The position numbers and the translations under genes are program-made. Below the pieces are notes generated by a model, which was given only the letters and a program-made list of their open reading frames with translations, made no database searches and was not told the DNA's origin. From assembly GCA_965603825.1 (NCBI GenBank), contig CBFDEM010000024.1:1-64000 (forward strand): a stretch of 64,000 nucleotides of DNA, written 5' to 3'. Positions 24,396 to 37,965 of this stretch are shown one piece after another (position 1 is the first letter of the stretch; the number at the start of each line of letters is the position of its first letter). This stretch comes from Blepharisma stoltei ATCC 30299. Taxonomy: Eukaryota > Protista > Ciliophora.

Positions 24396-25289
24396 TTAAC
24401 TCTGTTCTTTCGTTTTTCTATTATGCCTGCTAAAAATTTCCCTTGGAAAGCGGAATTGTTTTTTTGGCGAATTTTGGTTTGACCACAAATGTCTGCTACG
24501 AAAAGTGACAAGTTCCTCCGAATTTTCATTCGAAGCCTGGCTATTTTTGAATGACAAATTCAATGCCAAGGGTAACTGGCTCACCTCAGGCGATCTATGT
24601 TTTTCTTGGCTTCCATTTCTCCAAGGAGTTATCGACCGTGAGGAATTGATGCACCTGATTTTTCTTTCTTTCTCCAGTTGAGACACTGCGATTTGGAACA
24701 ATTTAAGTGGCTCTTTGCGAAGTCTCACATTTTTTTCTTTAGAAGACCTGATGAACTGGATTTGATCTTCTTGCTCTTTCAATTGCTGCCTAAGTTCGTC
24801 TTGTTCTTTTAGCAGCTGATTGCAAAGCTGATTTAGGACTTCGATTTCTTTATTTGTTTTTTTTTGGGGATTGGACTCGACACTAGAAGTTGCAGTTGAG
24901 CTTTCTTCAAAAGCAATTTTGTATCGCCTTAATCTTGGAGTGCATTTTTTGCTGGTTAAACTTGTCTCAGAGGGAGGTTTTGGAATTAAGATCAGCTCAT
25001 TTGGAGGCTTGCTGATGGGTTTTGGCAATGCTGACTTATCTTCTTTGAAGAATAGATTTCTTTTGCAAACTGGGCCCACACTTATGCATCTCGGAGGCAC
25101 TTTTGGAGGGTTTAAACAGTTTTCTAAAGGTTTTAAATTGGAAAGTCTGCCCTGATTGGGGCATTGGTTGAGGTTTATAAGTCTTACAGGTCTTGGGCTT
25201 GAGTGATAGCTTATAATTTTGGGCTGAAAGTCGTTGATGTCGTCATTTTTACTCATATTTAATATTATTTCATTCTGGTTTTGAGTCAT
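24396..25289 (-). CDS. Uncharacterised protein with short coiled coil (297 aa)
   Basis: ATG-to-TAA ORF flanked by AT-rich intergenic DNA. Confidence 0.75.
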   Translation of the reverse strand: MTQNQNEIILNMSKNDDINDFQPKIISYHSSPRPVRLINLNQCPNQGRLSNLKPLENCLNPPKVPPRCISVGPVCKRNLFFKEDKSALPKPISKPPNELILIPKPPSETSLTSKKCTPRLRRYKIAFEESSTATSSVESNPQKKTNKEIEVLNQLCNQLLKEQDELRQQLKEQEDQIQFIRSSKEKNVRLRKEPLKLFQIAVSQLEKERKIRCINSSRSITPWRNGSQEKHRSPEVSQLPLALNLSFKNSQASNENSEELVTFRSRHLWSNQNSPKKQFRFPREIFSRHNRKTKEQS

Positions 25290-25649
25290 TATTATAATTA
25301 CATTTAAATTTTTTTAGTTAAAATGCGAGGGATTTATAAAAAATAGATTAAAATTGAGGAAAAAAATTGAAGACTGAATACTAATATAAAAAAGTGAAGA
25401 AATTAATAGTTTTTTTTAAATTAAGCTAATATTATCCAGAAATTTAATCTAAGTATATCAGTGATTGAATTTCATAGCTCATGTGCAAATTATATTATAT
25501 ATATTGGATGCTAAATATATTAAATATTCCCAAATATTTTTTTAATGCTTGTCATCCTTTTCAGTAATAATATCTGATTTCTTCAAACCTATCTATTTTC
25601 TATAGATTTACTCTTTTTAAGTAGCATATTAAATTAAATAAATTATTGC

Positions 25650-26274
25650 TTAATTCTTGACTGGTTAGGAACTCAAAATAACAAATTTTGACAGCCTGAA
25701 ACAAAGAGCACATACTCTCTGCTTCATGCGAAGGAAGTTGATGTTTTAGGATGCCTTCTCAACTAATGCATTTTCTCATCAGTATTCACATCGAAGAATA
25801 CAATGGATTTTTTCTTCCCCCAGTAATTATATATAGAGCAACGCCCAAACAGATCAGCTGCTTTTGGACTTATAAGTATACTTTTAAAAAAATATGTGCA
25901 CATATACTGAGACTAAAAACCCAAAAGGTCTCCTATGGAACCCATCCTCCCTCAACAACTATTAGTCATAACCATCCATTTTCGTTTTGGAAATCTTTAA
26001 ATATATGTTTCTTTTGGCCATCCAGTACATCAAGCAGCAGAATCATATTTTCAAATGTATAGGCTAACAAGTATTGTCCATCTTCACTTAATTCCTTTGT
26101 TTTCAGGGCACTAATTTTTTCACACAAAATAGCGCCATCTGCATAGTTGCTTGCATCAGTCAGTTTGATATAATTCTTTGACATTTTGAGTTGCAATTGG
26201 ATAAGAAACCGCAAAAATTGCTCCAAAAGGGTCAAACGCGCACATTCCTTCAGCTGAAGTCTCTTTTTCATCAA
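25650..26274 (-). pseudogene. WDR82/Swd2-like C-terminal fragment, disrupted
   Basis: In shifting frames: GMCAFDPFGAIFAV, IKL.D..NY.DG, SEDGQYLL..T....I.LLD..DG and FVSGCQNLLFWVP, matching WDR82 blades in order. Internal stops and frameshifts; no N-terminal half. Confidence 0.65.
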
Positions 26275-26392
26275 GCCTTTCCAGAGTTCTTCTGCTTCTA
26301 GAATGATCTCTTCATTAGCAATAAGTGTATTCGATTAACTATTTTCTTCAATATTTATAATTTATTATTGCAAGCATTTCCCAACTGAAAAT

Positions 26393-27103
26393 ATGCAAGA
26401 TAATACTGAGAGAAAGCAAATTTCAGAAGGGCTTGAATTAATTGTGATCAAAGACATATCTCACTGATACATCGAGTTTTACTTAGAAAATCTCACTGAT
26501 TTCCTGTACATAGTCCAATTTATGCTTATAGATCTGAGAAATGTTTCCCCTATCGACGATCAGCTTACCAAGAAAGTGCAGGTCCTCCCAAATGAGTCTC
26601 TAAAACTGTCAGAATTGAGAATAGAAGGGTCATTTTCATACAAATACCAATTTGTTTTCCAAAAGCTGAACATTGAGCCTTTAATTAAATTTGTTGAGGT
26701 CCATAAGGGGTTAAGAATAAAAATTACTCAATATGACCTTGAGCATAGAATTACGTTTGAGCTTGTCAACGAGCACGAAGGCCCGGTGCATTTTGAGCTC
26801 AAATTCAACCACACAAAAGGAGTTAAAACTGAAAACGGCATGGCCCATTTTTCCTTGGATGCGTCAGCTAAGTCAACTTCGTTGGTTTGTGTAATGCACT
26901 TTTCAGGTGAGTGAGGATATAAATATGATTATAAATATCGGCTGCTTCCACATTCAATTGACCTAAGCAGAATTCAAGAAAAGCTAAATATGGACGCGAG
27001 CAGATCTTGGAAATTCAAACGCATTGATGTTGAGTCTACTAATGACTCTCTCTTTGGATCCCTGCCGAAGAAGAGGAAGACTCCTCAGCGCTGGAGACGA
27101 TAA
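26393..27103 (+). CDS. Uncharacterised beta-rich protein (236 aa)
   Basis: ATG 26393 to TAA 27101-27103 with TGA=Trp at 26465 and 26912. Confidence 0.65.
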
Positions 27104-27225
27104 AAATGTGCCAAAAGATTTTGTTTTGAGAATTTATATATTAAAATTTAATGAAGAAATCCCATTAATCAGAATTTTTAGATTAAAAGAAATCTATGAA
27201 TTTCTTTTCCCATTTATAATTAGAA

Positions 27226-28392
27226 ATGGACGAGAGGCAAAATCTGATTGCGAAATATATCCAGAAAAAGACCGAGCATGACGACCTTGAACAAAAAGTC
27301 ACTGCTTTAAAAGAAACAGTCGCAAAGCAGAAGCTAGAATTCGCAAAGACAGAAGACGACTTAAAAGCAATTCAGAACGCCGGGCTTATCATCGGAGAAG
27401 TTCTCAAGCAAATTGACGATGAAAAGTACATTGTCAAAGCTTCAAATGGTCCTCGATATGTTGTCGGAGCCAGACCAAAGCTTGACAAAGCATTGCTAAA
27501 GCCAGGCACGAGAGTTTCCTTAGACATGACCACTCTCACAATCATGCAAAAGCTGCCTCGTGAAGTCGACCCAATGGTTTTCAATATGATGAACGAAAAC
27601 CCAGGTGACGTCCCTTATTCTTCAGTAGGTGGCTTATCTGAGCAGCTTCGAGAACTCCGAGAAGCAATAGAGCTCCCCATCACAAACCCAGAATTATTCC
27701 AAAGAGTAGGCATCAAGACACCTAAAGGAGTCCTTTTATATGGTCCTCCAGGTACTGGAAAAACTCTGATTGCCAGAGCTTTGGCTTGCAATGTTGAGGC
27801 AAAATTCATGAAAGTGGTCGCTTCAGCCATTGTTGACAAGTATATAGGAGAAAGTGCAAGGGTCATCAGAGAAATGTTTGCCTATGCCAGAGAGCATCAG
27901 CCCTGCATCATCTTTATGGACGAAATTGATGCCATAGGAGGCAAGCGATTTTCAGAAGGAACTTCTGCTGACAGAGAAATCCAGAGAACTCTTATGGAAC
28001 TTCTTAATCAATTGGACGGATTTGACGAGTTAGGAAAGGTTAAAATGGTCATGGCAACTAACAGGCCTGATGTGCTTGACCCAGCTTTATTAAGACCTGG
28101 AAGATTGGACAGAAAAATTGAAATCCCTCTGCCCAACGAAGTCGCAAGAGTCGACATTTTGAAGATCCACGCACGATCAATCAGAAAAAGTGCAGAAATC
28201 GACTATGAAGCAGTAGCCAAGCTGTGCGAAGGATTCAACGGCGCTGACATGAGAAATGTCTGCACAGAAGCTGGGATGTTCGCAATCAGAGAAATGAGAG
28301 ACCACGTAGATCACGAAGACTTCATGAAGGCAGCCAGGAAGATCAAGGAGGCTAAGAAGCTTGAAGGAAAGATCGACTATAACCCAGTTTAA
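27226..28392 (+). CDS. RPT4: 26S proteasome AAA-ATPase Rpt4 (PSMC6)
   Basis: [60 protein letters not shown]. Confidence 0.97.
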   Translation: MDERQNLIAKYIQKKTEHDDLEQKVTALKETVAKQKLEFAKTEDDLKAIQNAGLIIGEVLKQIDDEKYIVKASNGPRYVVGARPKLDKALLKPGTRVSLDMTTLTIMQKLPREVDPMVFNMMNENPGDVPYSSVGGLSEQLRELREAIELPITNPELFQRVGIKTPKGVLLYGPPGTGKTLIARALACNVEAKFMKVVASAIVDKYIGESARVIREMFAYAREHQPCIIFMDEIDAIGGKRFSEGTSADREIQRTLMELLNQLDGFDELGKVKMVMATNRPDVLDPALLRPGRLDRKIEIPLPNEVARVDILKIHARSIRKSAEIDYEAVAKLCEGFNGADMRNVCTEAGMFAIREMRDHVDHEDFMKAARKIKEAKKLEGKIDYNPV

Positions 28393-28414
28393 GTAATTAT
28401 TATGATTAGCAGAT

Positions 28415-29521
28415 TTAAGCTCGATTAATAAAAGATGCTTCAATCCTTGCAAGGATAACATTGTGCAAGGTGTTCAAGGTCTCGTCAATGTGTTGGATGT
28501 TGATTGGGATAACAGTGAAAATATCGTTGTATTCCAGCAGCTGCCTTTGCACCTCTTGGAAGCTTTTTAGCAAGCGTTTTAGCTGCTGTTGGAAATTCCC
28601 GAGTGTTGCGACTTCTTCTTGGATACTTGGTGGCAAAATTCCCATCAGCCAGTTTTCAATGATATAAGCGTGCTCTTTTTCTGAAATGGTCAGCAAAAAC
28701 GGCACAATGACAGCGTTGCTTTGGTCTAAGTCGTCAAGCTGCTTTTTCAACATTTGATCATGAGGGTCATCAGAATTTTTCATAGTGATCCTGAACTTTC
28801 GAGGCATATCTTCGTGCTGCTGCAAATAAAGATTCGGATCAAGCTCGTATCCTTCAATAATCAAAGCTTTACCCTCTTGCAAGCATTTACTTATATCAGT
28901 CTGCACTCCTCGTCTGACAACTCCGCACTCACAATTGAATCTTTGTTCTTGCTCGTTTTCTGGGTAAGCCCAAAAAGGCTTTCCTATGATATTCGGGTTG
29001 AATTTTTTCATCACTGAGGTCACTATTGAGGTCTGAAGCACGTTTGCGACATTCACACGGTCAGCCAGCTGCGTCACCAAGGTAGATTTCCCACACACTG
29101 GTGGCCCTGCGACGAGAATGAGCAAAGGAGCTCTTTGTGCGTAGAAATTGGAGACCATTTGGTATCTTCTTATAAAAGAGTCACCATAGTTATAAGCTCG
29201 CATGATCTGAAAAAGATAATTTTGCATTTCAGACTGTTTTACGTCAAACTTTTCTTCTTCGACGAGGAGCTTTTTGAGGTCCATAGCAATTCTGATTGAG
29301 TCTTTGGGAGGGACTTTATTGAGGTTGAGAATTCTGCTGACCAGAAACCTGGAAAAGATGAAGAAGTGGTCGTCTAGCCATACACGCACTTTGAGGACAT
29401 CGTATTTTGATATTTTTTTGGCGATGAATTGTTCACTTGCTTCTGTGAGGGCTTCTTGGGAGTCTTGTAGAAAGCCGTCTGGAGGAGCGCTTTGGCTCTT
29501 ACTCATCTTTGCTTCTTCCAT
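28415..29521 (-). CDS. 2-phosphoglycerate kinase-like (LPA1-type) P-loop NTPase
   Basis: SKYDVLKVRVWL..HFFIFSRFLVSR, ATP-cone-like helices, GPPVCGKST P-loop, LIIEG. Confidence 0.8.
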   Translation of the reverse strand: MEEAKMSKSQSAPPDGFLQDSQEALTEASEQFIAKKISKYDVLKVRVWLDDHFFIFSRFLVSRILNLNKVPPKDSIRIAMDLKKLLVEEEKFDVKQSEMQNYLFQIMRAYNYGDSFIRRYQMVSNFYAQRAPLLILVAGPPVCGKSTLVTQLADRVNVANVLQTSIVTSVMKKFNPNIIGKPFWAYPENEQEQRFNCECGVVRRGVQTDISKCLQEGKALIIEGYELDPNLYLQQHEDMPRKFRITMKNSDDPHDQMLKKQLDDLDQSNAVIVPFLLTISEKEHAYIIENWLMGILPPSIQEEVATLGNFQQQLKRLLKSFQEVQRQLLEYNDIFTVIPINIQHIDETLNTLHNVILARIEASFINRA

Positions 29522-29764
29522 GAAATTAATTATATGTGATTGAATTAAAAGATACAGTATTATTAAGCATTTAACTATTAATCAGCAGATAAATATTTTG
29601 CTTAAAATTGGATATGCTGAATCAATGTGTCTTATAAATTAATAAGCAATTAGCTCTATTTGATTATTTTTATTTACATATAAGCATAGATATTTCTTCA
29701 CATAAATTTTAGCATCTTGGATTGTGATTATCTGGATTGATAAATTTGAACGTTATGATTTAAA

Positions 29765-30889
29765 ATGAAGTTACTTGTGACCATAGCCATCGTTCAGGTA
29801 GCTCTAGGGATTTCATGCTCAGAGCTTAAAGCAATTTATCCTATGCTTGATTTGGAATGCGAAAATCCAGAGTCTGTCTCAGAAGGATCATCATTTATAA
29901 ATTCAATGATATCGTTAGCATCAACAAAGTCTAAAATAAAATCTTTAGAAGACAAAAAAGAGCAGCTGGACACCGAGACTGCTTTTGTGCAGCAAAATCT
30001 GATTGAATTAAAAGAAAGTATATTAAGTGAAAAAGAAAATTTGAGAAAAATCGTTGAGCAAAAGAAAAATGAGGCTCAAGAACTTGCTGAAGTATCTTCG
30101 TCAAGACAAAAACTTCAAGAAATGATTGGGATTTTGCATAATGAGCTTTCCTCCCAGCTAGCTGAAATGAGTAAAAATAAGGAGAATTTAACCGCAATGA
30201 ATGAAAAAATTGAATGTGCTGAAAAGGAAAAAGCAAACATTGAGGCTGAAATAAATAAGAAATATAAAGAATACCAAGAGCTTGCCTCTGGAACTGAACA
30301 ACTTATGAATAAAAAAGAATCAATTGATATAGCTTTGAAGGAACTAAATAATTCTATTAGCCTTGAGTCAACCCATATTTCTGATCTAAAAAAAGAAAAG
30401 TCAGAAATCGACCTAGAACTAGTCAAAGCTAACCAAGAATACAGAGAGATTGTGAATGCTAACCAACTATACAAACTTCAAATTGAAAACTCCGACTCGC
30501 AGCTGAAAGCGCTAGAAGAAACCATTTTACAATTAAAGCATGAAAAGCAAATTCTTGAACTAGAAATCCAGGAAAAAGAAGAAGCTTTAAAAGAACTAAA
30601 AGAGAAAACAGTAAAGGAAACAGAGGATTTTGAGGTTGAAAAGAACGAACGGCAAAATGTGCTGGACGGGCTGAAAATAGCAATAACTCAGACAAAAAAG
30701 CAAGCGAAAGAAGATTTGGAAGCTCAAAAACGAATAGAGACAGAACAAAGAGAAAGAATACAAAAGCTTATGGAAAGTGAAAGCAAGCTTATTGAAGAAC
30801 AGAAGGCTGCAGTGTTAGAGCTGCAAACAAAAGAAAAAAGCTTTTCTGCTGAGAGCAAATCATTTCTTGGAAAAACTCAATCATGGTAA
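29765..30889 (+). CDS. Secreted coiled-coil protein with signal peptide (374 aa)
   Basis: MKLLVTIAIVQVALG signal-like N-terminus, Cys pair, long heptad repeat. Confidence 0.8.
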   Translation: MKLLVTIAIVQVALGISCSELKAIYPMLDLECENPESVSEGSSFINSMISLASTKSKIKSLEDKKEQLDTETAFVQQNLIELKESILSEKENLRKIVEQKKNEAQELAEVSSSRQKLQEMIGILHNELSSQLAEMSKNKENLTAMNEKIECAEKEKANIEAEINKKYKEYQELASGTEQLMNKKESIDIALKELNNSISLESTHISDLKKEKSEIDLELVKANQEYREIVNANQLYKLQIENSDSQLKALEETILQLKHEKQILELEIQEKEEALKELKEKTVKETEDFEVEKNERQNVLDGLKIAITQTKKQAKEDLEAQKRIETEQRERIQKLMESESKLIEEQKAAVLELQTKEKSFSAESKSFLGKTQSW

Positions 30890-31147
30890 TTTAATTATTT
30901 ATTGTAATTTTAATTTAATTTGTTATAAGATGGAAATAGGCATAAAAATTTGATATAGTGCAGGCTTGGGCTATTTGCTGATTTTTCATGGAAACTTATT
31001 ATAATTACAGCTGATTTCTTGGCAATAAGCTCACTTTTTATAAGCAATACCTTGCATCAGTGATATAAAGTTTCTTTTTTATAAATTAGCTTTTTTTTGT
31101 TTAATATAAATGTCATGGAAACTTAAAATAGGACTAAAAATTTTAAA

Positions 31148-32134
31148 ATGAAAAAATATATGGCACGAAATGGTTTCACGCGTCCTTTTCACTCTCTGCA
31201 ACTTCTCTCCTGAGTAATCACCTTTCTTTTAGCAGGGACCTTTTATACGCTCACTCTCCCTCCTCTTTATCTCCAAATGCAAATTTTGGCAGGAATTTCT
31301 TATTCAATAATTTCAATCTCAACAATCTTTTTTGGCTTCAAAGTTACCTACACAGATCCAACAGACCCAGCTGTGCACGCAGCCTTTAATTCTCAAATAT
31401 CAGGGTAATATTTAAACAGGAATGAAATGGACTTGTCCGAACTCACAAAACTTTGTAAAATTTGTAAAGTCCACGTGCACAGCGACTCAAAGCACTGTAG
31501 AGAATGCAATAGGTGTGTAAATAATTTCGACCACCACTGCAAGTGGCTAAATAACTGTATAGGCAAGATCAATTACCGGCATTTTATCGGAACAATTTTG
31601 AGTTTACAGGGTCAGATGGGAGTTCAGGTTTTGAGCTCCGTTTATTTATTAATTGCTATAAGCAGTGGATGATCTGAAAAAGAAAATGTGAAAGATATGT
31701 ATGGACTAGATGATGAAGGTATAGAAGGGATTTATATATACCATATTATTGTAACTATTCTAAGTTCATTGATTTTTCTGGTCGTAGGGCACTTACTGGG
31801 GTTTCATATATGGCTGATGCTTAATCATATGTCTACATATCAATATATACTGTCTAGGAGAGCCAAAAAGGCACTTGTAACGAATATTTAGAAATCAAAT
31901 AAAACAACTCCTGAGGCAAACCCGAATGAGTCAATACAAAGATATTATGAGCCTTATATTCTATCTAAAGAAGAAGATGAAGAGCTCCCATTCAGATTGG
32001 ATAGAAGAACTCCGAAACTTATAACTAATGATAAAAAGAAGAATATAAACAAAGAAAACTCACAAGACAACACTTTTTATAACTCACAGCTTGAAGAAAT
32101 GAAGAAAGAAAAGCCTGATATGAATCAGAGTTAA
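31148..32134 (+). CDS. DHHC palmitoyltransferase (ZDHHC1/11-like), two 15-nt introns
   Basis: [37 protein letters not shown]. Introns 31405-31419 and 31877-31891 remove in-frame stops. Confidence 0.92.
31405..31419 (+). other. 15-nt spliceosomal intron GTAATATTTAAACAG (representative of 7 tiny introns found)
   Basis: GT..AG, A at position 10, removes an in-frame TAA within the DHHC gene. Confidence 0.9.
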
Positions 32135-32615
32135 ATCGCCCAATAATTGCTTTACATTTTACAAGTAGGCAATTTTTACTTTATTTTATGTATGCTATAT
32201 TTAAAAACGTTCAAATCCAAATGAATAATCCACATTTTTAAATAAAAAATAATAATAATTTATCTAGTTTTCTAATTTTGTCTATTCAATCTTTTAGCTT
32301 CTACGGTTCAATGCTTGATTTATCATTTGCAGAGCTTAGCTTAGATTATTTTTTTATGTAAATTTTACTTTTCTACTATATAAATAAGAGTTCTTTTAGC
32401 TGCTGCTTTCTGTCATTTTTATAATAAATAACTGCTTTAAAATAGGAAAATACTTTTCAAATTTAATTTTTATGACTGCTCTTTGTTTTTGTCTTTGATT
32501 TTTATTTTAGAATAAGCACGCTAGACGACAAGCACCTTTTATCTGCCGATTTAAGAAAATGGCTTATTTAGTATATGAAAGAAAATATTTAGGGAAATCT
32601 TCTGATTAAGCTTAT

Positions 32616-33755
<1,140 letters not shown>

Positions 33756-35103
33756 TCAAGACATGAAAGATATATTTCATTAAAGTCATTATTTAATTAA
33801 AATAATGCTTTGGATATCATTAATTTGGAAGATTCTGATTCTTTTTCAAAAAATTTCAATGCTTTGAGGATAAGTCTTTAAAATTTCTAAATTTTTTTAT
33901 TTGTGCAGAACTTAAAAAGAAAAAAAATCAATTGTGTTTGATGTGTCGTTACCTTTTTCATTCATATGCAATAGTATTCAGATGAGCTATGAAAAGAAAA
34001 AATAGCTATTTTTAATCATAAAAAATTATTAAATATGAGGATGCATATGATGTCATCTGATGGATAAATGGAGAATCATAAATAATTTATATTGCTTTAT
34101 GAGATAAGATTTCTGCATATAGATCAAGATAAAAGTTAAAGTTAGTAAAATTATCAACTATTTGATAAAAGCTTAAAATATGTATGAAGTAAAGTTAGGT
34201 AATATTTCAAAAAATGTTTCTATAAGTTTTCAAACGTGAAGAAATTATCATGTTACATAAGAAAATTCTTAACCTCTTACTCTTCATATTTATAATAGAC
34301 TCACCATAATTTATAAAACAATAAATAAAGCATACAGAAATTTTCAAATAAAACCATTTTAAACTTTATCTTTAAGTTGATTTTAGCATTATTTTTATTA
34401 TTCAGTTTACCAAAGCCAATTTTGCTGCATTAATCTCAATATTTTCTCTTTCTGGATGTTCTCTAATGAAATTTCCTTGTCATATTATTAAATTGCTGGA
34501 AGTAAATATTTTAACAATGAAATAAATTTTGAAGGAAAAATTCATCTATCGCCATGCATCTAAGGACTTAGCCAAAAATGGTACGTCACAGGCATTTGTG
34601 ACCTCTTTAGCTAAATAACCCCAGATAAACTGTCGAAGAAATCTATTTATAAAAGAAATTTCAAAAATAGTTCAGCTTATTAAAGGAAGGAAAAATAAAG
34701 AAGCCATAAAATTTAATTATTTTTAACAAATCAATAACTCGATCCGTGTCATGCGATTTGGTGTCCTTGCATAAAATTAATTATATTTGATTCAATGAAG
34801 ACAAATTGATAGATAGATTAAGAAGAAAATAGCTAAACTTCATAAGATTATCTAAAATTTAATCTTAAGCAAATTCAAAGCTGGAATTATGTATGAAATC
34901 AAATAACGCTATTTTTTCAGAAATAAATTGATATCAGTGTTCACAACGTGAAGAAATCTCATCATGCTATGTATAGAAAATTTAGAGCCTCCTTCACTCC
35001 ATATTTATAATTACTCCACCATAATTAATCTAACTCTAACAAATAAAATCCAGTTAAGATTTTTCAGAATAAAATTACTTATAAAGGTTCTGCTCAAGCT
35101 GTT

Positions 35104-35748
35104 TTAGCAGCATTTCTTTTTCTTTGCAGTTGGCTTTTTATTTTCCAAAACTACTTTTGGTGAATTAATTTTTTTCTCGATATTTTCTCTTTCAGAATAT
35201 TTTTTATACAAAATTTCAGCTACTTTAACGAAACCCCTAAATAGCTCACTTACCTCAGTTACACCCTCCGCAGTTTTGGCTGAAGCCTCAATAAATCCAT
35301 CTAATTTGTGCTGTTTCGCAAATTCTTCTCCTTCTTCAGGGCTGACTTCTCTATCTTGCTCTGCAAGATCAAGCATATTTCCAACTAGACAAATAGTGAC
35401 TTCTGGGTCTGAATTTTGTCTGATTTCTTTAAGCCAGTCTTCAAGGTCTTCAAAGGTTTCTTTATGTGTAATGTCATACATCAGCAGAACGCCGTTAGCA
35501 TTTCTATAGAAACTCCTTGTAATTGCTCTGAAGGATTCTTGGCCAGCAGTATCCCAGAGCTGCAATTTAATGTTTTTCCCTGCGACTTGAACTGTTTTGG
35601 CGCCATATTCAACCCCAATTGTTACTGTGTGATCTTCTTTAAAGTCCCCTTCGATAAATTGAAGCATAAAGCAAGACTTGCCAACCCCTGAGTCTCCTAT
35701 TATTAAGAGTTTGAACAAGGCGTCTAAACTAACAGCCTCCTGAGCCAT
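35104..35748 (-). CDS. Rab GTPase, Rab2/4/14 group
   Basis: GDSGVGKSC, TIGVEYG, WDTAGQESFRAITRSFYR, EASAK, C-terminal CC. Confidence 0.93.
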   Translation of the reverse strand: MAQEAVSLDALFKLLIIGDSGVGKSCFMLQFIEGDFKEDHTVTIGVEYGAKTVQVAGKNIKLQLWDTAGQESFRAITRSFYRNANGVLLMYDITHKETFEDLEDWLKEIRQNSDPEVTICLVGNMLDLAEQDREVSPEEGEEFAKQHKLDGFIEASAKTAEGVTEVSELFRGFVKVAEILYKKYSERENIEKKINSPKVVLENKKPTAKKKKCC

Positions 35749-35809
35749 TTTTACTTATTAAAGAACATGATGAATTTCTCGAAAAATATTTTGCAGTTAA
35801 AAATGCAAA

Positions 35810-37939
35810 TTAATTATTTATTTGCAGGCTATCAAGCCATTCTTGCTTGACTTTTGTGATCCCTATCATATAAGGACGCTTTGTGAATAATAAATGCTGG
35901 TAAACGATAAGGCTTGGATAACTGCCATATAAATATGATGAAGGATGGATAAAAAATGTGTCTTTTTTTATTCCTAGTGCTGCGTAGTCTTTGGGGTAAA
36001 TTGAGGTATCAGTTGGAGTTGAGATTGTATAAGGGATTCTTTTGGTTTTGCTGTAATCATCTGGAATATCAATTTTGGTAGCCACTTGATCAATAAATCC
36101 TGAAATTAAGCATTTTAAGAGCTGTTCCCTTTCTTTCCTATGAGGATAAGGTATCAAAAATTCATTGGTTTCAATAGTTTTATCATCTTTATAAATCCTC
36201 AAAAGTTGCATTGATAAGTCTTCTACCTCTTTCAGTTTATTATAGTTCAAGTGGTTTTCTTCACAAAAATCTTCTTTTTCTGCATCATTTATTTTTATAA
36301 ATTTCAAAAATGCCTTGACCCCACACAATAAATCAGATTCACCTGAAAACCATTTAGCATGGAATTCTTTTGACTTTTTAACAGACTCTTTGGCTGTTTC
36401 GCCTTCAAAATCAAATTTAAATACCTGCTCAATTTCTAGAAGCGCCACAAGTATGCACATCCATTTTACAATATTGTGCTGGTCTGACAAAATAAGCATT
36501 TTTGAAAATCTCGGAGATATTGGGAATTCTGCCATTTTTCTGCCTAAGTCAGTGATATCATATACATCTCCCTTTCCTTTTCTGCATTGCTTTATTGAGC
36601 CAAGCTTGTCCAAAAGATTAAGTGCTTCAGCAAAAGAGCTTCTATCAGGGCATGTTGGGAACGGAAACTGCTCCACATTTCGTATCCCAATAGACTTCAG
36701 CTGCAAAATTACACTTGAAATAGGCAAATTCAAAATTTCAGGAGGCCGATACTCTTCAAAATGGATTCCATATGCAGCATTTGAATACAGTCTATAGCAA
36801 TGTCCAGCTGAAACTCTTCCTGCACGTCCTGATCTTTGTTCGGCGCTTGCTTTACTAATTCAAGTGACAACATATTTGCTCATTTTAAGATTTCCACTAA
36901 AAACTTTTCGCTTTTCTAGCCCAGTGTCCACTACATATTTAATCCCAGGAATTGTTAAGGATGTTTCTGAGACATTTGTGGATACTACAATCATCCTTCT
37001 GCTTGATGGTGGACTGAATATTTTCTTTTGCTTTGAGTATGGCAACATGGAATAAAGCCCAAGAATGACAGCTTCCTCTTTTGAAATTGCAGTCTTGAGC
37101 CTTTTTTTTAATGTAGTCACATCTTTTTTGCTTGTAACAAAGATGAGGATCCCGCCTTCAGGAAGTCTTGTATGAATTTTTAGAGTTTTTTCAAAAGCAC
37201 TGTCCAAGTATGTTTCGGCGCTTGTGGTTTTTGAAAAATGGACTGTTACAGGAAACTGTCTGGATTCTATGTGAATAACTGGAGGAGCGCCGGATGGGAA
37301 TAGTGAGGTATTTTCTGTGAAATCTGAAATTCTTAGGGTAGCTGACATAATAACGACTTTTAATGGATTTCCTTTCTTTGCTCTAAGAGGTGCGATTCTT
37401 GATAAAAATCCTAGCAAAATGTCTGTGTTAATGCTTCTTTCATGAGCTTCATCAATGATAATTGCAGAATACGAAGACAATAAGAAATCACCTTCAATTT
37501 CTCTGAGCAAAATCCCATCTGTCATGAATTTTATTTTGTTTAAGGCTGGATTTATGGTTGAAGCGTCATATCGGATTTGATATCCTACTTCTTTTCCAAT
37601 CTCAAGGTTCAGCTCATTTGCCACTCTTTGAGCCAGCGAAATTGCTGCAATCCTTCGGGGCTGTGTAATTCCGATTTTTCCAGGACATTTGCTGCTAGAG
37701 AAATCAGCCTCATATAAAAATTGTGGAACTTGTGTACTTTTACCTGAGCCTGTTTCTCCACAAATTAAGGTAAATGTATTTTCTTTGATTGATTCCATAA
37801 TTTCCTGCTCCATATAGAGGATCGGCAGCTTTTTTCTAGATTTTTGTATTGATTCAAGCCTATTGACTATATTTTCTCTTTCCTCATGATTTTCTGAATC
37901 ATCTTCTCTTGCCCTTTTAACAGGAATTAAAGATTCCAT
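35810..37939 (-). CDS. DHX37: DEAH-box RNA helicase DHX37/Dhr1-like (709 aa)
   Basis: GETGSGKST, TQPRR, DEAHERS.NTDILLG, SATLR, IESRQFPV, then W(TGA)ISKASAEQRSGRAGR joining the two ORFs. Confidence 0.9.
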
Positions 37940-37965
37940 ATTATTTATTCATAAAAACTATATTT

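Noticed and set aside
34737-34775. Segment vaguely resembling the U6 snRNA 3' part on the minus strand
   Set aside because: No ACAGAGA box or AGC triad context, so not called.
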